From: Tubulanus polymorphus
Taxonomy: Eukaryota; Animalia; Nemertea
Reading direction: 5' to 3'
Assembly (NCBI RefSeq): GCF_964204645.1
Contig: NC_134027.1
Coordinates: 12,618,485 to 12,682,484, forward strand
Length of the DNA stretch: 64,000 bases
Under the pieces are notes generated by a model. It was not told where the DNA came from. It was given only the letters and a program-made list of their open reading frames with translations, and made no database searches. Position numbers and translations under genes: made by a program. Shown here piece by piece: positions 22,940-35,945 of this stretch (position 1 is the stretch's first letter; every line of letters starts with the position of its first letter).

Positions 22940-23971
22940 TAAAAAATTTAGACTTTAGCCGTTGGAATATAGATTTCTTTGAAAAAGAGAAGGAAAAATC
23001 GGGACCATTAATATTCAACCGTTGTTTTTGATTCAGTCAAAGAGGCTATGATTCATTGGAAGCTGTGATTTGGGAATAAGTGATAATTTTTGAAGTTGGG
23101 CTGTTCCTCAGAAATTGATTTCTGATGCAAATTTCTCTATTCATCTGACTCATCAACAAGATCTTTTGACAGTTTTGACCATTTTAAAGTTCACCAGACG
23201 CGAGGTTTTTGGTGGCGGGGAGGTTTTCCATTTGATAACCACCATTAAAGTTAAATCAAAGTATTAAATCACTCCCAACGCACGTATTTTATGAGTTGTA
23301 TAATCAACACTGTGTAATTTATCATTTAATCGTCTAACTTTGTCGAAGTTGAAAAATAGGCCCTCAGATGCGCCGAAAAAGCACAAAACCCTCACCGGGC
23401 TTCGCGCGTGCTCGAACTGAATGCGCTCGTTTGAATGTGCGCACCGTCGGCGCTCCAGATTGTCGCACCATTGACTAATTTTAGGTGGCTACGTATCGGA
23501 GTTGTAGGTAATGTAAAAACGTTAATCTGTTAATCCTATGTCTATAGTAGTTATTTTATATAGACAGGATTAACAGATAATCGTTTTTACATTACTTAAG
23601 ACCCTGTGATCCCGCACCGTTTTTTTTATAGATTTTTAACGTATAAATGCTGGATGTATCTTAGCTTTAAAAAACAAAGAATGGATGCTTCCAAATATTT
23701 TCAGCAAAAATAGAAATGCTGCCTACCTGGCAGCGCGGGAGTACTGCAACTCCTTAAGTGAATCGTTTTGGAGCGGAACACACGCGCGTATTACATCCCA
23801 CACGCAAGCCCGCTAGCTAGAATCAACGTTTCGTACGAGCAGTTAGTTCTCTAGTCGACACCGCCGACGATCAATGTATGTGACGATCAATGTATGTACA
23901 ACGTACAGACAAGACACGACCCGGACTACTTGCTGCCTGCCAGCATTGCATTCAGAATATTAAACATCATC

Positions 23972-24172
23972 ATGGATGTCGCTGTCAACACCAGAGCGTA
24001 TTGCAAAATGCTGCTCCATGCAGCTAAATATCCGCATTGCTCAGTCAACGGTCTTCTTTTGTCACAGAAGTCGAAAGAAAAAGAAACGAAGCACTTGAAT
24101 TTCGTAGATTGCATTCCACTGTTTCATCTTTCTTTAACCCTAGCTCCCATGTTAGAGGTGGCACTAGCTCAG
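23972..24172 (+). CDS. EMC8/9: ER membrane protein complex subunit 8/9, exon 1
   Basis: [30 protein letters not shown]...DCIPLFH...[11 protein letters not shown] (EMC8/9 MPN-like signature); donor CAG|GTGAGT, phase 0. Confidence 0.93.
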
Positions 24173-24728
24173 GTGAGTTTTGTAGCAGCAGGTACCGACA
24201 CGTAGTAAACAGAAGTAACCTGCCTGATTTCACCTGCCTGTGGTCACAGGCACTTTTGAATATGGGCTTTGATACTGAAAAGAATTAGGCCTATTGATAA
24301 TCCAGATAAGTAGGCCTATTGTTGTTCTCCATCTATCTCCAATGAATTAAGTATCAACCAAGATCCAAAATCTTGTAGGCCTATCCACCCACAGGGCTCG
24401 TATTTGAAGTGTGGGGCACAGGGACTTGACACAAAGGGATTTTGACCCCAGTATCCTAGGTACTATGTATAAAAAGACATGGGAATATTAAGAATATTCT
24501 TAAAGATTTCTGCGTTAGACAGAGTGGTTTGAGAAAGTCGGCTCAGGATACGACCAGAAACATGACAAACCATGCTGGAATCTGAGCATCGTATACGAAG
24601 TGGATATTTAACGCATATTGAAGTCCGCATGCGCGGCGTAAATCGGCCGGTAAAATAGCGGAAATAAATGCTCAGCCATATATGGTAAAATATCCACTGC
24701 CTCGTATAGGCCTATATCCTTTTTTCAT

Positions 24729-25486
24729 CACGGATGAATATCTTCCGCGAATTTCCGCCGTTGGAGGTCCATTTTTATCATTATTGAGATCGATGTAGAT
24801 CCGTTGAGGAAATGATAGGGTCGGGGGGTTAGGGTCTTGGGGAAAAGTTGATGTTAGATCGTAGCGTACTTAAAGAACAGACTGTAAAAGCGTCTCATAA
24901 AACCAGTGCTACGATCTCTGATATCTTTTTTTACAACATCATTCCGAAACACCGCTGTTGTCTACAACCACTGTGCAGATCAATAATATATATACATGCA
25001 ATAGCGCTGCGCGGGAAATCTATATTTAGAATCTGCGGTGGCACGCTTCAATTCATCCAACAAAGCATAGCCTACGTGCTCAATAAAAGAAGTCATTGTT
25101 TTAATACAGGCGCAATACGCTTAGCCTGAGTGATAGATAGGAAAGTTATAGATTGGGGCTCCTCTTGGGACTGTTTTTTATTGACAAGTTCATTTAAGTA
25201 TGAAAATGTTCTAGTGATTCGGATATCGTCGGGGCCATCCTTTTCGTGTACTCGAGACATTAACAACGAACGATCAACCGCGTGGCAGTAGTTTTATTTT
25301 GTCATTGGAAAATGGGCCTCAGGTGCGCCATAAACTCCTTGAAATTTCAAAATTTTCTTGGGAGGCTCCCATTCCCTCCCCCTTTTAGGGGCCTTGCACC
25401 TTCCGTGCTCGCAGCTGCTAGTTAGCCTCTAATACTTTATTTCATATTTTTTCGCGTTTTTTTTAACGCCTCTGTTTTCATCCCTG
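24729..25486. mobile_element. Non-autonomous DNA transposon with CAGGGATGAAAA-type TIRs, copy 1
   Basis: TIRs CACGGATGAATA / TTTTCATCCCTG, flanked by TTTCAT on both sides; inverted homologue at 60015-60750 plus 63448-63495. Confidence 0.7.
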
Positions 25487-26632
25487 TTTCATACGTTATT
25501 CGCGGAATTTGTATACAAGCATGACTTATAGATAACTATAAAAAATACGACTTAGGCCTACCCGTGACTCCTACATGATGTAGCCTAAGTCGTAGAAAAA
25601 TCATCGGTCCAAGTGCTACGACTTATGCGGGGTTGACTAGTAATGGGCGAAGTAGCAGTGAAAAGTCACATGAAAGGCTAGTCAGTAGCCTGTCTGTGGT
25701 TTAGTTTCACGATCGGATATTTTCACAAACCACAGTCAGGAATGGGAAGGTCATTTTTAGCCCACTTGGGACTTAAGTCCCAGCGGGCTATTGCGTTCAC
25801 TTTTCGTCCTTCGTCCGTCCACGGAATCCAGTTATTTGGGAAGTTTTGAAGACGCTTCAATGTAATGTCTTGATATTTGGGTTACACGTGTATCTACCCT
25901 AGACACATCTTCAGCCCGAAAACTGGCCCTGTCAGAATCAAGATGGCCGACTGTCAGCCATTGTTGTTTGCTAAAATCAGCACTTTTTACACATTTTTGA
26001 ACTTTTTGAGGGAAACTTTGAAGAGGCTTTGATCAATAACCTTGATCTTTCGTATATATTTGAATCATCCCAGAGCCCATTACCAAAAATTGGTTGATCG
26101 GACTCTAGATGGCTGTCCTATGACCTTTTTAGTGCCCAAAAATGTCAATTTTGGCCCGAATTCTGAGTCCTGTAGCTTCCTACTGGTTAGCCATTTCTCA
26201 TTGCAATTGCTGATGGGTATTCTTTGGAAAGGGATGTTTTATACCTGAGACAGGTATTTTTGATCAGCCAATGTTGGTGTTATCAGTACTCATTCGTAGG
26301 TGGGAAAATGTTTTTCGACATTATATTGATACTTAAGCATATTTTGTCACCGCAATGAATTAGACAGTTGTAGCTTATAACGTGTTCTATGATTGTGGTG
26401 AGTTTCAAGGTCATTGGTTTATGTATATGGCCACCAGGGCGCGTTGAATAATACAATATCTTAGTATTTCTATATTATATTTGTACCAATGCATATTTTG
26501 TTACCACAATCAATTGCAAAGTTTTAGCTCATGACATTGACTATGGTTGTGGTGAGTTTTAAGGACATTAGTTATTCTATATGGTCACCAAAAAATACTC
26601 TAATCTTATTAATGCAGAGTGTGAAATTTCGC

Positions 26633-27336
26633 TTTTTAGCCCACTTGGGACTTTAGTCCCAGCGGGCTATTGCGTTCACTTTTCGTCCGTCCGTAGACGG
26701 AATCCAGTTATTTTGGGAAGTTTTGAAGACGCTTCAATGTAATGTCTTGATATTTGGGTTACATATGTATCTACCCTAGACACATCTTCAGCCCAAAAAC
26801 TGGCCCTGTCAGAATAGAGATGGCCAACTGGCAGCCATTGTTGTTCGCCAAAATCAACACTTTTTGAGGGAAATTTTGAAGACGCTTTGATCAATTACCT
26901 TGATCTTTCGGATGTATGTGAATCCCCCCAGGGCCCATCAGCATAACAAAAATTGGGTCGACCGGACTCAAGATGACCTATGACCTTTTTTAGTGCCCAA
27001 AAATGTCAATTTTGGCCCGAATTCCGAGTCCTGTAGCTCCCTACTGGTTTGCCATTTCTCATTGCAATTTGTGATGGGTATTCTTTGAAAAGGGATGTTT
27101 TATACCTGAGACATGTATTTTTGATCAGCCAATTATGACGCAATTGGCGGCCATCTTGGTGTCATCAGTACTCATTTGTTGGTGGGAAAAAGTTTTTCCA
27201 CATTATATTGATACCTAACCACAATCAATTAGTAACTTGTAGCTCATAACGTGTTCTATGATTGTGGTGAGTTTCAAGGTCATTGGTTTTTGATGGGTTT
27301 CGTCGTCAGACGAACCCATCTATGGCATTGTCGTCA

Positions 27337-27376
<40 letters not shown>

Positions 27377-29993
27377 GATGTTTCTTTATGACACGATTTA
27401 AGCTGTTTGTGTGGACCGACAATTCTGTAATTTCACACAGGTATTCTCTACTTGATGTAGATGGTGCAGCTTGGTTTATATTTGATTCCGATGGTTATAA
27501 GTGCTCTAATTTGGTTAAAAGATAATTAACGTTACTCGCTAGTTCAAGCCGCTGTATGGCGCGTTGCTACGACGACGCTCGATCAACATACTGGTACTCG
27601 CTGTGTAATACTGAACACTTATATACCTGTAGATATTGATCGTACTAGCACCGGTTTTAGATAGCGCGCGCGCTGATCGGTCTTAACACTTCTCGGAACT
27701 GCTGTGCTAAATGCTGAGAGGCCGAATCTATGCGCAAGCATTTATTGGGCTCGTCACATTTGATAGTGAATGGATAAATAACCGGTGTCAATGACGGTCG
27801 CTACTCCCCATCAGTATAACTCATAAGTATAAGAAATAATTCTTTCGAGTTTTTTTTTTCAATCCCCGAAGTTGTTGTTACTATGTTGACCTCGCCGTTT
27901 TATAAGCTTACCGATGATTCTTCTAGTATTTTCAGGGTCACAAGACATGACGAAGTCGCAAAGTTTTGTACAAATTTCACGAAACAAACAATTATTTAGG
28001 CGGCACCTGATCTATTGATTAATTATGATAAATAATGTTTATTTCATTAAAAATTTGTTTTATTCAAACACTACTTTCATCGCACATAGCGTGATCGGTA
28101 GGCCCTACTATTCTACGGTAGGCCATGAACTCTTTCATGTGGTAGGCCTATTACAAATGATACAATCCGCGTGTCCGTGAATAAGTGACACGTGGTGGGG
28201 CGGGTTGTGAGGAGCATCGAAACTAATCCGTCACAAATAATAGATAGAAAACAATACCTTAAGAGGTTAACTTTTATTAACATCATTACCAAATCAAAAC
28301 CTGCACATCCTATCATAAATAGAAATTCTAAGAATTTATTTCAAAGAATAATAAATTACGTCTAAATATTGGGATTCGAACTCATAGCATCGATTCAGGT
28401 GCCTTTCCCAAAGCAAGTATCCCGCGGGGAAAACCCATTACTATTTATATCGAGAATCGCCTTTTTGCGACAGCGCCACGGCGCTGGAGCATATTAAGTT
28501 GATCGAACCACCTGGTGTCTTCCAATACCACCACCTAGTGGGCTCAAATTCAAGTTCAAATATACTTTATTGATACTCATCAAATATACTTAATTGTTAC
28601 TTTATTCAATACTTTATTGTTCCCAGTACTGCAAATACATCGGATTTCCGCAATTAAGTAGACAGAACACAAATAAAATCAAGAATCTTTTAGTATTCAG
28701 AAAACAACGTACATGTTATTTTTCAACTTTAATTAGCAATGAGATAATTTTTTGCGACACTCACGGATGATGCGCATTCCCTTTCTGGAAGGCTGATCGG
28801 CTCTTCCCTGAAAAATTAATTTCTGAATCGACGTCCCGTAATGATGAATACTATTTTTAGATCCCCTGATTTCAAAATTCAAAAATATAGATTTATATGA
28901 ACCTTAGGTCTACCCTTGTAATTAACAAATTATTCGAAAGCAAAGATCTTGCATTCGAGTTTATTCATTTTTTAAGCAGTTTCTTTATTTCAAGCCGCCG
29001 AATTGATTGTCTAAATCTCTTTGCTCTTCTCGGAACTTGTATTCAATTAAATTTTCTATTCTCATTCTACAATTTGTACGTGAATACTATCAACGGTAGC
29101 ATTTGTTTCTTTTCATTTCGTTTTTCATAATGATTTTGTAATATTTAAATCTTCATTTTATCGCGACGGGTGCTTCCGCTTTTAAACTGTTCGTTTGTTA
29201 CTTCCGATTTTGTAATCTTCATTAATTTATTCATTCTTTATGACTTCTCTCTCTCCAAAATCGGAATAATTGTATCCTTAGATACAATAGGATCTTGATT
29301 TTTAATGACTTTGCAAAACCACCTGTCGCAGTATATTTCCTTTTAGAAATATACCTTGTTGACAGCGAGTTCGGTGAATGAAACAGAAACAATTACACAG
29401 AAACCCATCATGGAAAGTTTCTTTCTGGTTGTATATGGCCACCAGGGGGCGTTGAATAATACAATATCTTAGTATTTCTATATCATATTCCTATCAATGC
29501 ATATTTTGTAACCGCAATCAATTGCAAAGTTGTAGCTCATGACATCATCTATGATTGTGGCAAGTTTTAAGGCCATTAGTTATTCTATATGGTCACCAGG
29601 GGGCGTTGAATAGTAGAATAACTTAGTATTTCCTTATTATATTGGTACCTAGGCATATTTTGTTAACATGATCAATTACAAAGTTATACTTCGTTACATG
29701 TTCTATGATTGTGGTGAGTTTCAAGGTCATTGGGTTTTGAATATGGTCACCAGGGGGCGTTGAATAGTAGAATAACTTAGTATTTCCATATTAAATTGGT
29801 AACGAGGCATATTTTGTAATCACAATCAATTACAAAATCATAGCTGCTGACATGTTCTATGATTGTGGTGAGTTTCAAGGTCATTGGTTTTTGTATATGG
29901 TCACCAGGGGGCGTTGAATATTGAAATTGTTAGATTGTTGCGCATTTGAAACCACTTCCCAAGTGGGCATGGTGTCCCTGGACCCCTAGTTTT
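26633..29993 (+). mobile_element. HINE family A, inner copy, carrying ~154-bp tandem repeats
   Basis: Sub-TIR GCCCACTTGGG / CCCAAGTGGGC; ends CCCCTAGTTTT; inserted in a T-run; tandem units (GGTCACCAGGGGGCGTTGAATA) at ~29437, 29591, 29745 and 29899. Confidence 0.8.
27287..29430 (+). mobile_element. HINE family B inserted in family A
   Basis: 5' TTTTTGATGGGTTTCGTC...GACGAACCCATC hairpin plus (TGTC)n; 3' GAAACCCATCA...CTGGTT; splits the family-A motif CATTGGTT|GTATATGG. Confidence 0.75.
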
Positions 29994-32900
29994 TAATATT
30001 TCCCTAAATTATTAGAAAATGCCGATAGTAAGACCGAGGGAATGTTTTTATCGTTGTATGGGCTAATCATGGCGGCAGAGTGCACCTGTGATAAGGCGGA
30101 AATAGTTCCATGTGAAGGCAAAGCTTTTAAATGATTAGACAGTCGGAGGTGGTTTATCAACTTTTTTCAACTAAAGTGCTGCTATTTTCCCAACCGTATT
30201 GCTAGATTTAGATCGTTTCCCATAAGTCAACACTTGTAATTCAAGTGTGATTTTGATGTGTGTAGAGATACATCGTGACTAGCGTATTGAATGGTGGTGC
30301 CAGGTTTAAGCTGCGCATCGATCGTTGATTAGTGGAAATATAGGGTGGAATTATCTTGATTGTATCCATACGAAGTTTACTAAAGGTGAGTGTCAACAAA
30401 TGGTCCCTTACAGTCCCTCTAATTTGTGTGGAGAGACGCTCTTAACTGGCAAAACCGTTGTCTGTTTCGTGTTATCGTTGGCCTACCCGTTACGTGACTG
30501 ACCTTGCTTGAGCGTTCGCCGTCGGCGCGCCGCGTCAAAGTTATGAATAAAGTATTATATAACTGATTGTTAATGACATACAATAAATAAACCTTTAAAG
30601 AAAGGTACCTAGTGTCTGACATTCTACTGAAAAATTCCGGATTGATTCACCGCATAGTTTTTTCATAGTGAACATTTTAGTATACTGGGTATGAATCAAT
30701 TAAGATGATTGACAGACGCGGGTGCGGTTGTATCAGCTGTTGAAGACGTTCGATGTAAATAAACTATAGTTTTAACCACGTGTGCGATGAAAACAGGGAC
30801 ATCAAACTAAGAAGCACTGAATTTTTTAATTACATGTGATTTAAATAGGCATCTGTGCTGGTTTTTCAATAAGGCCAGGCCCTCTGGAATTGAATTGAAT
30901 TCGCCTGTAATTTGCAATGAATCTTTTTGAAAATTAGCTTGAAGATTGGGTCTGGCAAGATGTCCACCCCTATTGTAAAAAAATTTCATTGGTGATCAAA
31001 TATGGCTGCCATTGGGGTGGCCATTTTGAATTTCTTGTTTGCACGATGCAGCCCGCAATTCTTGATGGATTTCCACAAAATTTGGTGTGAGGATCAGGAT
31101 AGGTAAGCTGTCCATGCCTTTTGTATATGGAGGTCATCGGCTTTGAAATATGGCCGCCAGGTCAGCCATCTCAAATCTCGAAGGAATTTTGGTAGGTTTA
31201 ATGTCTACCCCTTATTGAAAATTGAGTTAAAGTATGGCCACCAGGGTTGCCATCCATCTGATTTCTTTTCAGCACGATGCCTACACCAATTCTTGATGCA
31301 TTTTTTTGCAATTTTTCGAATCTTTGTGGGGCAGCTAAAATGGGCTTGTCTTGTAAGGATATATTAACAGAAAATGAACATAACCGCCACATAGCCTATA
31401 CCATCTTAAATATTTTAAAACTTGTTACATCATTACAATGTAAATCTTTCTGTAAAACTTTGAATACTGAATCATTCTTCTTCTACTGCGTCATGAAGGT
31501 ACAAGGCCCATGGGCCTCTTGTTGTTTAAATTTCTATTATTCATATGAAAAAGCGAAAGTTTAAAGCTATCATGACTATTGAGATTTAGTGTATTCGCAT
31601 CCAAATAATAGGTGATTGGCAGTAAAACAGAGTCATCCATTGTAAAATAGGGATTTAACTGGTGTTAGTAACTTACAATCCTCATTCTGTTAAGAACCGC
31701 GTGAGCAAAAAATTTAGCAAACCAACTAGACTACAATAACAAAATAGAAGCATAATGGTTATCATTCCTACAGCATCGGAAAAGGATAACAAGAAACATA
31801 GGCAGACAAGGTTATCCTATATTGTTTAAGATTCTATCGAAATCCGCCGAGCCATTCACATTGTATTTGGTCCCTTTAATGATCGCGGTAATCCTTCCAT
31901 CGTATGACCACGACGCACTGACGCTATCGTGGTTGTACAGGAATTTGAGGAAATCCGCTCGTCCTTTGGACGCTAAATAAATATCGCTAATAAAAACTTG
32001 AAGCGCAAGATTTTTATTGCAAATGAACTAGCCTAGAACATGGCGGATTTAGGTTCCAATTAAGGTTTAAGGTTTATTTATTTCGCTCTAACCAAACATT
32101 GGTATATAGAGGTTACAAGAATTTGTACAATAAAATTTATAATTTACAAAACTTAAAAACAAGAAAACAGAGATACACATAGAATTAGGACCATAGTTTA
32201 TATGTACCTTTATACCAATTGAAAATCAGCTTTCTGGCTATCCCAAAATGGCTGCCAAGGCATTATAGGCCTATATTACCCCGATAGGTCCATGGATTAG
32301 ACTTTTCCATCATATTTAAGCTTTTTATTCTTTCAAAATTGTCTCAATGGTGGACATCTTGAATTATTCTTGTTTCGGAGTCTACACTACAGGGGAGTGG
32401 CAACCAAATAATTATTTGTCAGACATATAGTATAAATAAATCATTGCCTGTGCATTGCTATGCGCTTAGGGTTCGGAGCGTGCATCAATTGGCAGCCGAA
32501 GGAATCGATGAAAGCGTAGAACCGGGGGAAGAGTGCAAGAGGGGGCGGTTAATGCAAATTTGAACGAATCAGAAGAACCACCTTGGTAATTACTGGTGCG
32601 ACATACGTCGAACCAACTGCACCGGTAGCTACGCCGCTGCACTACAGATGACATAGAATTTCTTTTTGGATATTGGTAGGTGTGATAAGTTAGGTCAACG
32701 GATCACGCCTATCAAAAATAAGTTTCTCACTGCTCCGGCTTGATTTTCCAAGATGGAACGTTGCTGTATTATTAATATTGCGCAATATTTAGGAAACTGT
32801 TAGTATATTTTACTTGTCCACTTTTCAATAGGTATGTAAAAACTTAACTTTTAACATACTGAGGTGAATCATGATTAAACCACTTTCTGGTTGGTAGTTA

Positions 32901-33060
32901 CTTGTTCATCAGGGGGATTGAATATTGATTGAAAATGTCGCATTTTCAAGCATTTCTTCACCGAGCAGGCATGGTGTCCCTGGACCCCTAGTTTTTACAT
33001 AGAAAATAAATGGTGGCAATGCTAGGATAGATCATTATCTTTTCTTTCAATTCAATTTAG

Positions 33061-33137
33061 ATTGATTCATATTGCAAATCAAAAGGATTATGTATATCTG
33101 GTTACTATCAAGCGAATGAGTACCTTGGAGATGCAAG
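33061..33137 (+). CDS. EMC8/9: EMC8/9 exon 2
   Basis: TTTAG|IDSYCKSKGLCISGYYQANEYLGDA|GTGAGT; conserved GYYQANE; 77 nt. Confidence 0.92.
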
Positions 33138-33655
33138 GTGAGTAATACATATGCAGCAAACTCTGTTATACATATATCATGGGATAAGCCTAATGCAGCA
33201 ATTCGCCGTTACTCGCCTAGTGTGTGGATACTAGCGACAAATTCTGTTACTATCAGCCAATCAATGAGATAAAAATCATGTGCAATTCACAAAATGGCGG
33301 CCAGAACTTTATCCACACAATTCGTCTAAGCATACATGTGGTCGTGGGTGAACAGGCGGGAAAGTTGCCAATGAGAAGCTTAGTATTTGTGGCTAAAAAT
33401 CGCCTAGTGAGCGCTGAGCTTAACACGTCACAGAAATATGGCGGTAGATTTGAATCCATGATTGTTCAAAGTTATTTTTCAGGAGCACATGATACTTTGA
33501 CGTAGTGCACGGTGCTAGTCATATCAGCTTTAAATGTCAAGCAATGAAAATTTTTAATGATTTCTATAATAACCTTCAGTTTATGTGAGGAGGCCAGCTT
33601 TACAGAAACCCTATTATTGCTGCTTTGCAGCTATATTTACTTTTTTTTTTTTCAG

Positions 33656-33731
33656 TCCAACTATTGTATCTTATAAAGTGGCGGATCGTATATCTGAAAA
33701 TAGTGGAAGTGGTGAATCACTTATAGTTATG
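33656..33731 (+). CDS. EMC8/9: EMC8/9 exon 3
   Basis: T-run CAG|(S)PTIVSYKVADRISENSGSGESLIVM|GTATGT; 76 nt, phases consistent. Confidence 0.9.
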
Positions 33732-33823
33732 GTATGTGCGTTTTTTGTGACATTAACATCAAGATGTATTTTACACAAATACTTTATAGGAACACTGATT
33801 GAAATTTTCATTAATCTTCTCAG

Positions 33824-33921
33824 CTTGACAATAGAAAATTAAGTTTTGAATGTGAAGAACCAGCACACAGAATACACAGGTATCATGATGGAAAATGGAA
33901 ACAATTACCACATGAGAGTAG
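33824..33921 (+). CDS. EMC8/9: EMC8/9 exon 4
   Basis: CTCAG|LDNRKLSFECEEPAHRIHRYHDGKWKQLPHES|GTAAGT; 98 nt. Confidence 0.88.
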
Positions 33922-34539
33922 GTAAGTAAGTAGGTAATGGTTTTTCATGTTGTACCAGCAATAAATAGGCTGAAGCATATATTTTGAGAGGTAACTGCTT
34001 ATACAGTGGAACCTCGTTTCTAACGAACCGCGTGGGGAAAAATAAAAAGATCGTAATATCCAATAGTTCGTTAGATCCGTTTCACATCGTTTATGTATGA
34101 AAAGAACACCCCCTGGTGTGATGAAACACAAACCAAGTGGTTTCATTGGACCAGGGCTACTATCTTATATAATATTACCGAATTGTCGTACCGACTGCTC
34201 TGTCGTTACTGGACATATCGCCCTGAAAATTTCCCCAGTGGTAGATCTCGGCGTGTTTTATCGCTTGGTCGTGGTTTCCGATGGAAATGTATTCTGGAAT
34301 TTATGTGGTGGGCCATTTACCAAATTTTTGTAGTCTCTCCTACTGTTCACAGAGGGCATATGGGTGTACTGGCATAGCCACTGACTTGAGTTGTCAGTTG
34401 ATACAGTACGAGTTATTGCTGCCTTTATGACCCGGCTGCTGGGTCACGAAACAGTTTTTTAAATGTTACAGTAAATAAAAAAGCAATTAACCCACTTAGT
34501 GTAACCTACGAGGCACTGCAACAAACTCACTACTCAAGT

Positions 34540-35945
34540 CAGCAGAGTGATTGTATTACGCTGAGGCGTTAGCGTACGTGCGACTGAACATTTTTATTGT
34601 TTATCTGTTATCTGCTGTACCCACGGGTTCGGATCTTCAGTACCGTGTATGATTCATACATAATGAAATGATCATATCGGTACTTTACACATTTCTTTGC
34701 AGTCTATAGTTCTGTTTTCGGGCTTCCATGGGAAGATGACATTTTCAGTAAGTGATTAAGGGATCGAGTATCCTCGGCTACAGGTCAAGTCGGTCCGAGA
34801 TCCCATGGTCTGAATGGGCATGAGTGATCACAAAATACTTCTACTCAATTCACAAGAAAGTCGGAAGTGGTAGGCCCTATATGTTCAAAAATCACCCTTG
34901 GTTTCCACGGGTTTTTCATATATTATGAAATGATCATACCGGTACTTAACACATTTGTCTGCTATCTATAGTTCTGTTTCGGATGGGTTCAAATCTTCAG
35001 TACTGCGTGCAATTCATACATTATGAAATGATCATATGGGTACTTCACATAGGCCTATTTTTTTCTATCTATGGTTCTATTACCTTGGGCCTCCATGGGA
35101 AGAAGAAATTTTCAGTATGTGATTAGGGGCCCCAGTATCCTCGGGCACTGACCTCGAGAGGGGTAGGTCCGACCGGTAAGCAGAGAGAGATAGAGAACGA
35201 ACAACGGAACGACTACGTGGTTTTCTGTTAATGTGACACATACTATAGAATTCTATTCCGTATTTATAGAGGAATGCACAGATACAGTTGAATAGTTACA
35301 GTTACAGTTAAAGGCTCAGTACAGTCTAATAGTTCACGCAGTTCGACAATTGTGTGAAGTTCTACAATTTAATATAACAATATAATACACTATAACTGAT
35401 AATCTTATTCACGACAGGCACAGGTCAAGTTGGTCCCGAGATCCCATATGGTCTCTATGGGCACGGGTGATCACACCACGTAATAGGCCACTTTAAAATG
35501 CTCCTACTCAATTCGTATGCAATGGACTAATAAGTACGAAGTTCTACGTTTAAAAATTCCGTGGTTTCTTCACTTACTGAAATCAGCAGAGTGAGGCTGG
35601 AGCGTGTGTGACTGAACATTTTTGTTTTTTACCTGTTACCTGCTGCACCCGCGGGTTCAAATCTTCAGTACTGCGTAGAATTCATACATTATGAAATGAT
35701 CATATCGGTACTTTACATATTTGTTTCTATCTATATTTCTATTACCTCGGGCCTCCATGGGAAGACGAAATTTTCAATATGTGATTAAGGGCCCCAGTTT
35801 CCTCTGGCACGGGTCAAGTTAGTCCCGAGATTCCATATGGTATCCTTATCTAGGTAATCATACCACATGATAGACCACTTTATGCTCCTACTCAATTCAC
35901 GTGCAATGAACTAATAAGTCGGAAGATCTACGTTTAAAAATCACC
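34540..35945. repeat. Diverged complex tandem repeat (3-4 partial units)
   Basis: GGGTTC..ATCTTCAGTAC...ATTCATACAT.ATGAAATGATCATAT.GGTACTT recurs at ~34625, ~34985 and ~35653, with a partial unit at ~34915. Confidence 0.75.

Larger units (their letters stand above)
26592..31523 (+). mobile_element. HINE family C, 5'-truncated copy interrupted by family A
   Basis: 26592-26636 plus 29994-31523 is collinear with the uninterrupted copy at 36682-38161; 3' end TCATGAAGGTACAAGGCCCATGGGCCTCTTGTT. Confidence 0.75.
25755..32996 (+). mobile_element. HINE family A, outer copy (host of a nested cluster)
   Basis: 5' TTTTTAGCCCACTTGGGACTTAAGTCCCAGCGGGCTA + GTCC microsatellite at 25755; matching 3' end GGCATGGTGTCCCTGGACCCCTAGTTTTT at ~32968-32996. 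Pairing of the two ends is inferred. Confidence 0.6.

Noticed and set aside
28370-28385. B-box-like GTTCGAATCCC (minus strand); a similar motif near 54297
   Set aside because: No cloverleaf or A-box could be built; at most SINE remnants, so not called as tRNA.
29430-29925. Regularly spaced repeats suggestive of a CRISPR array
   Set aside because: The whole 154-bp unit is repeated with no unique spacers; eukaryotic context and no cas genes.
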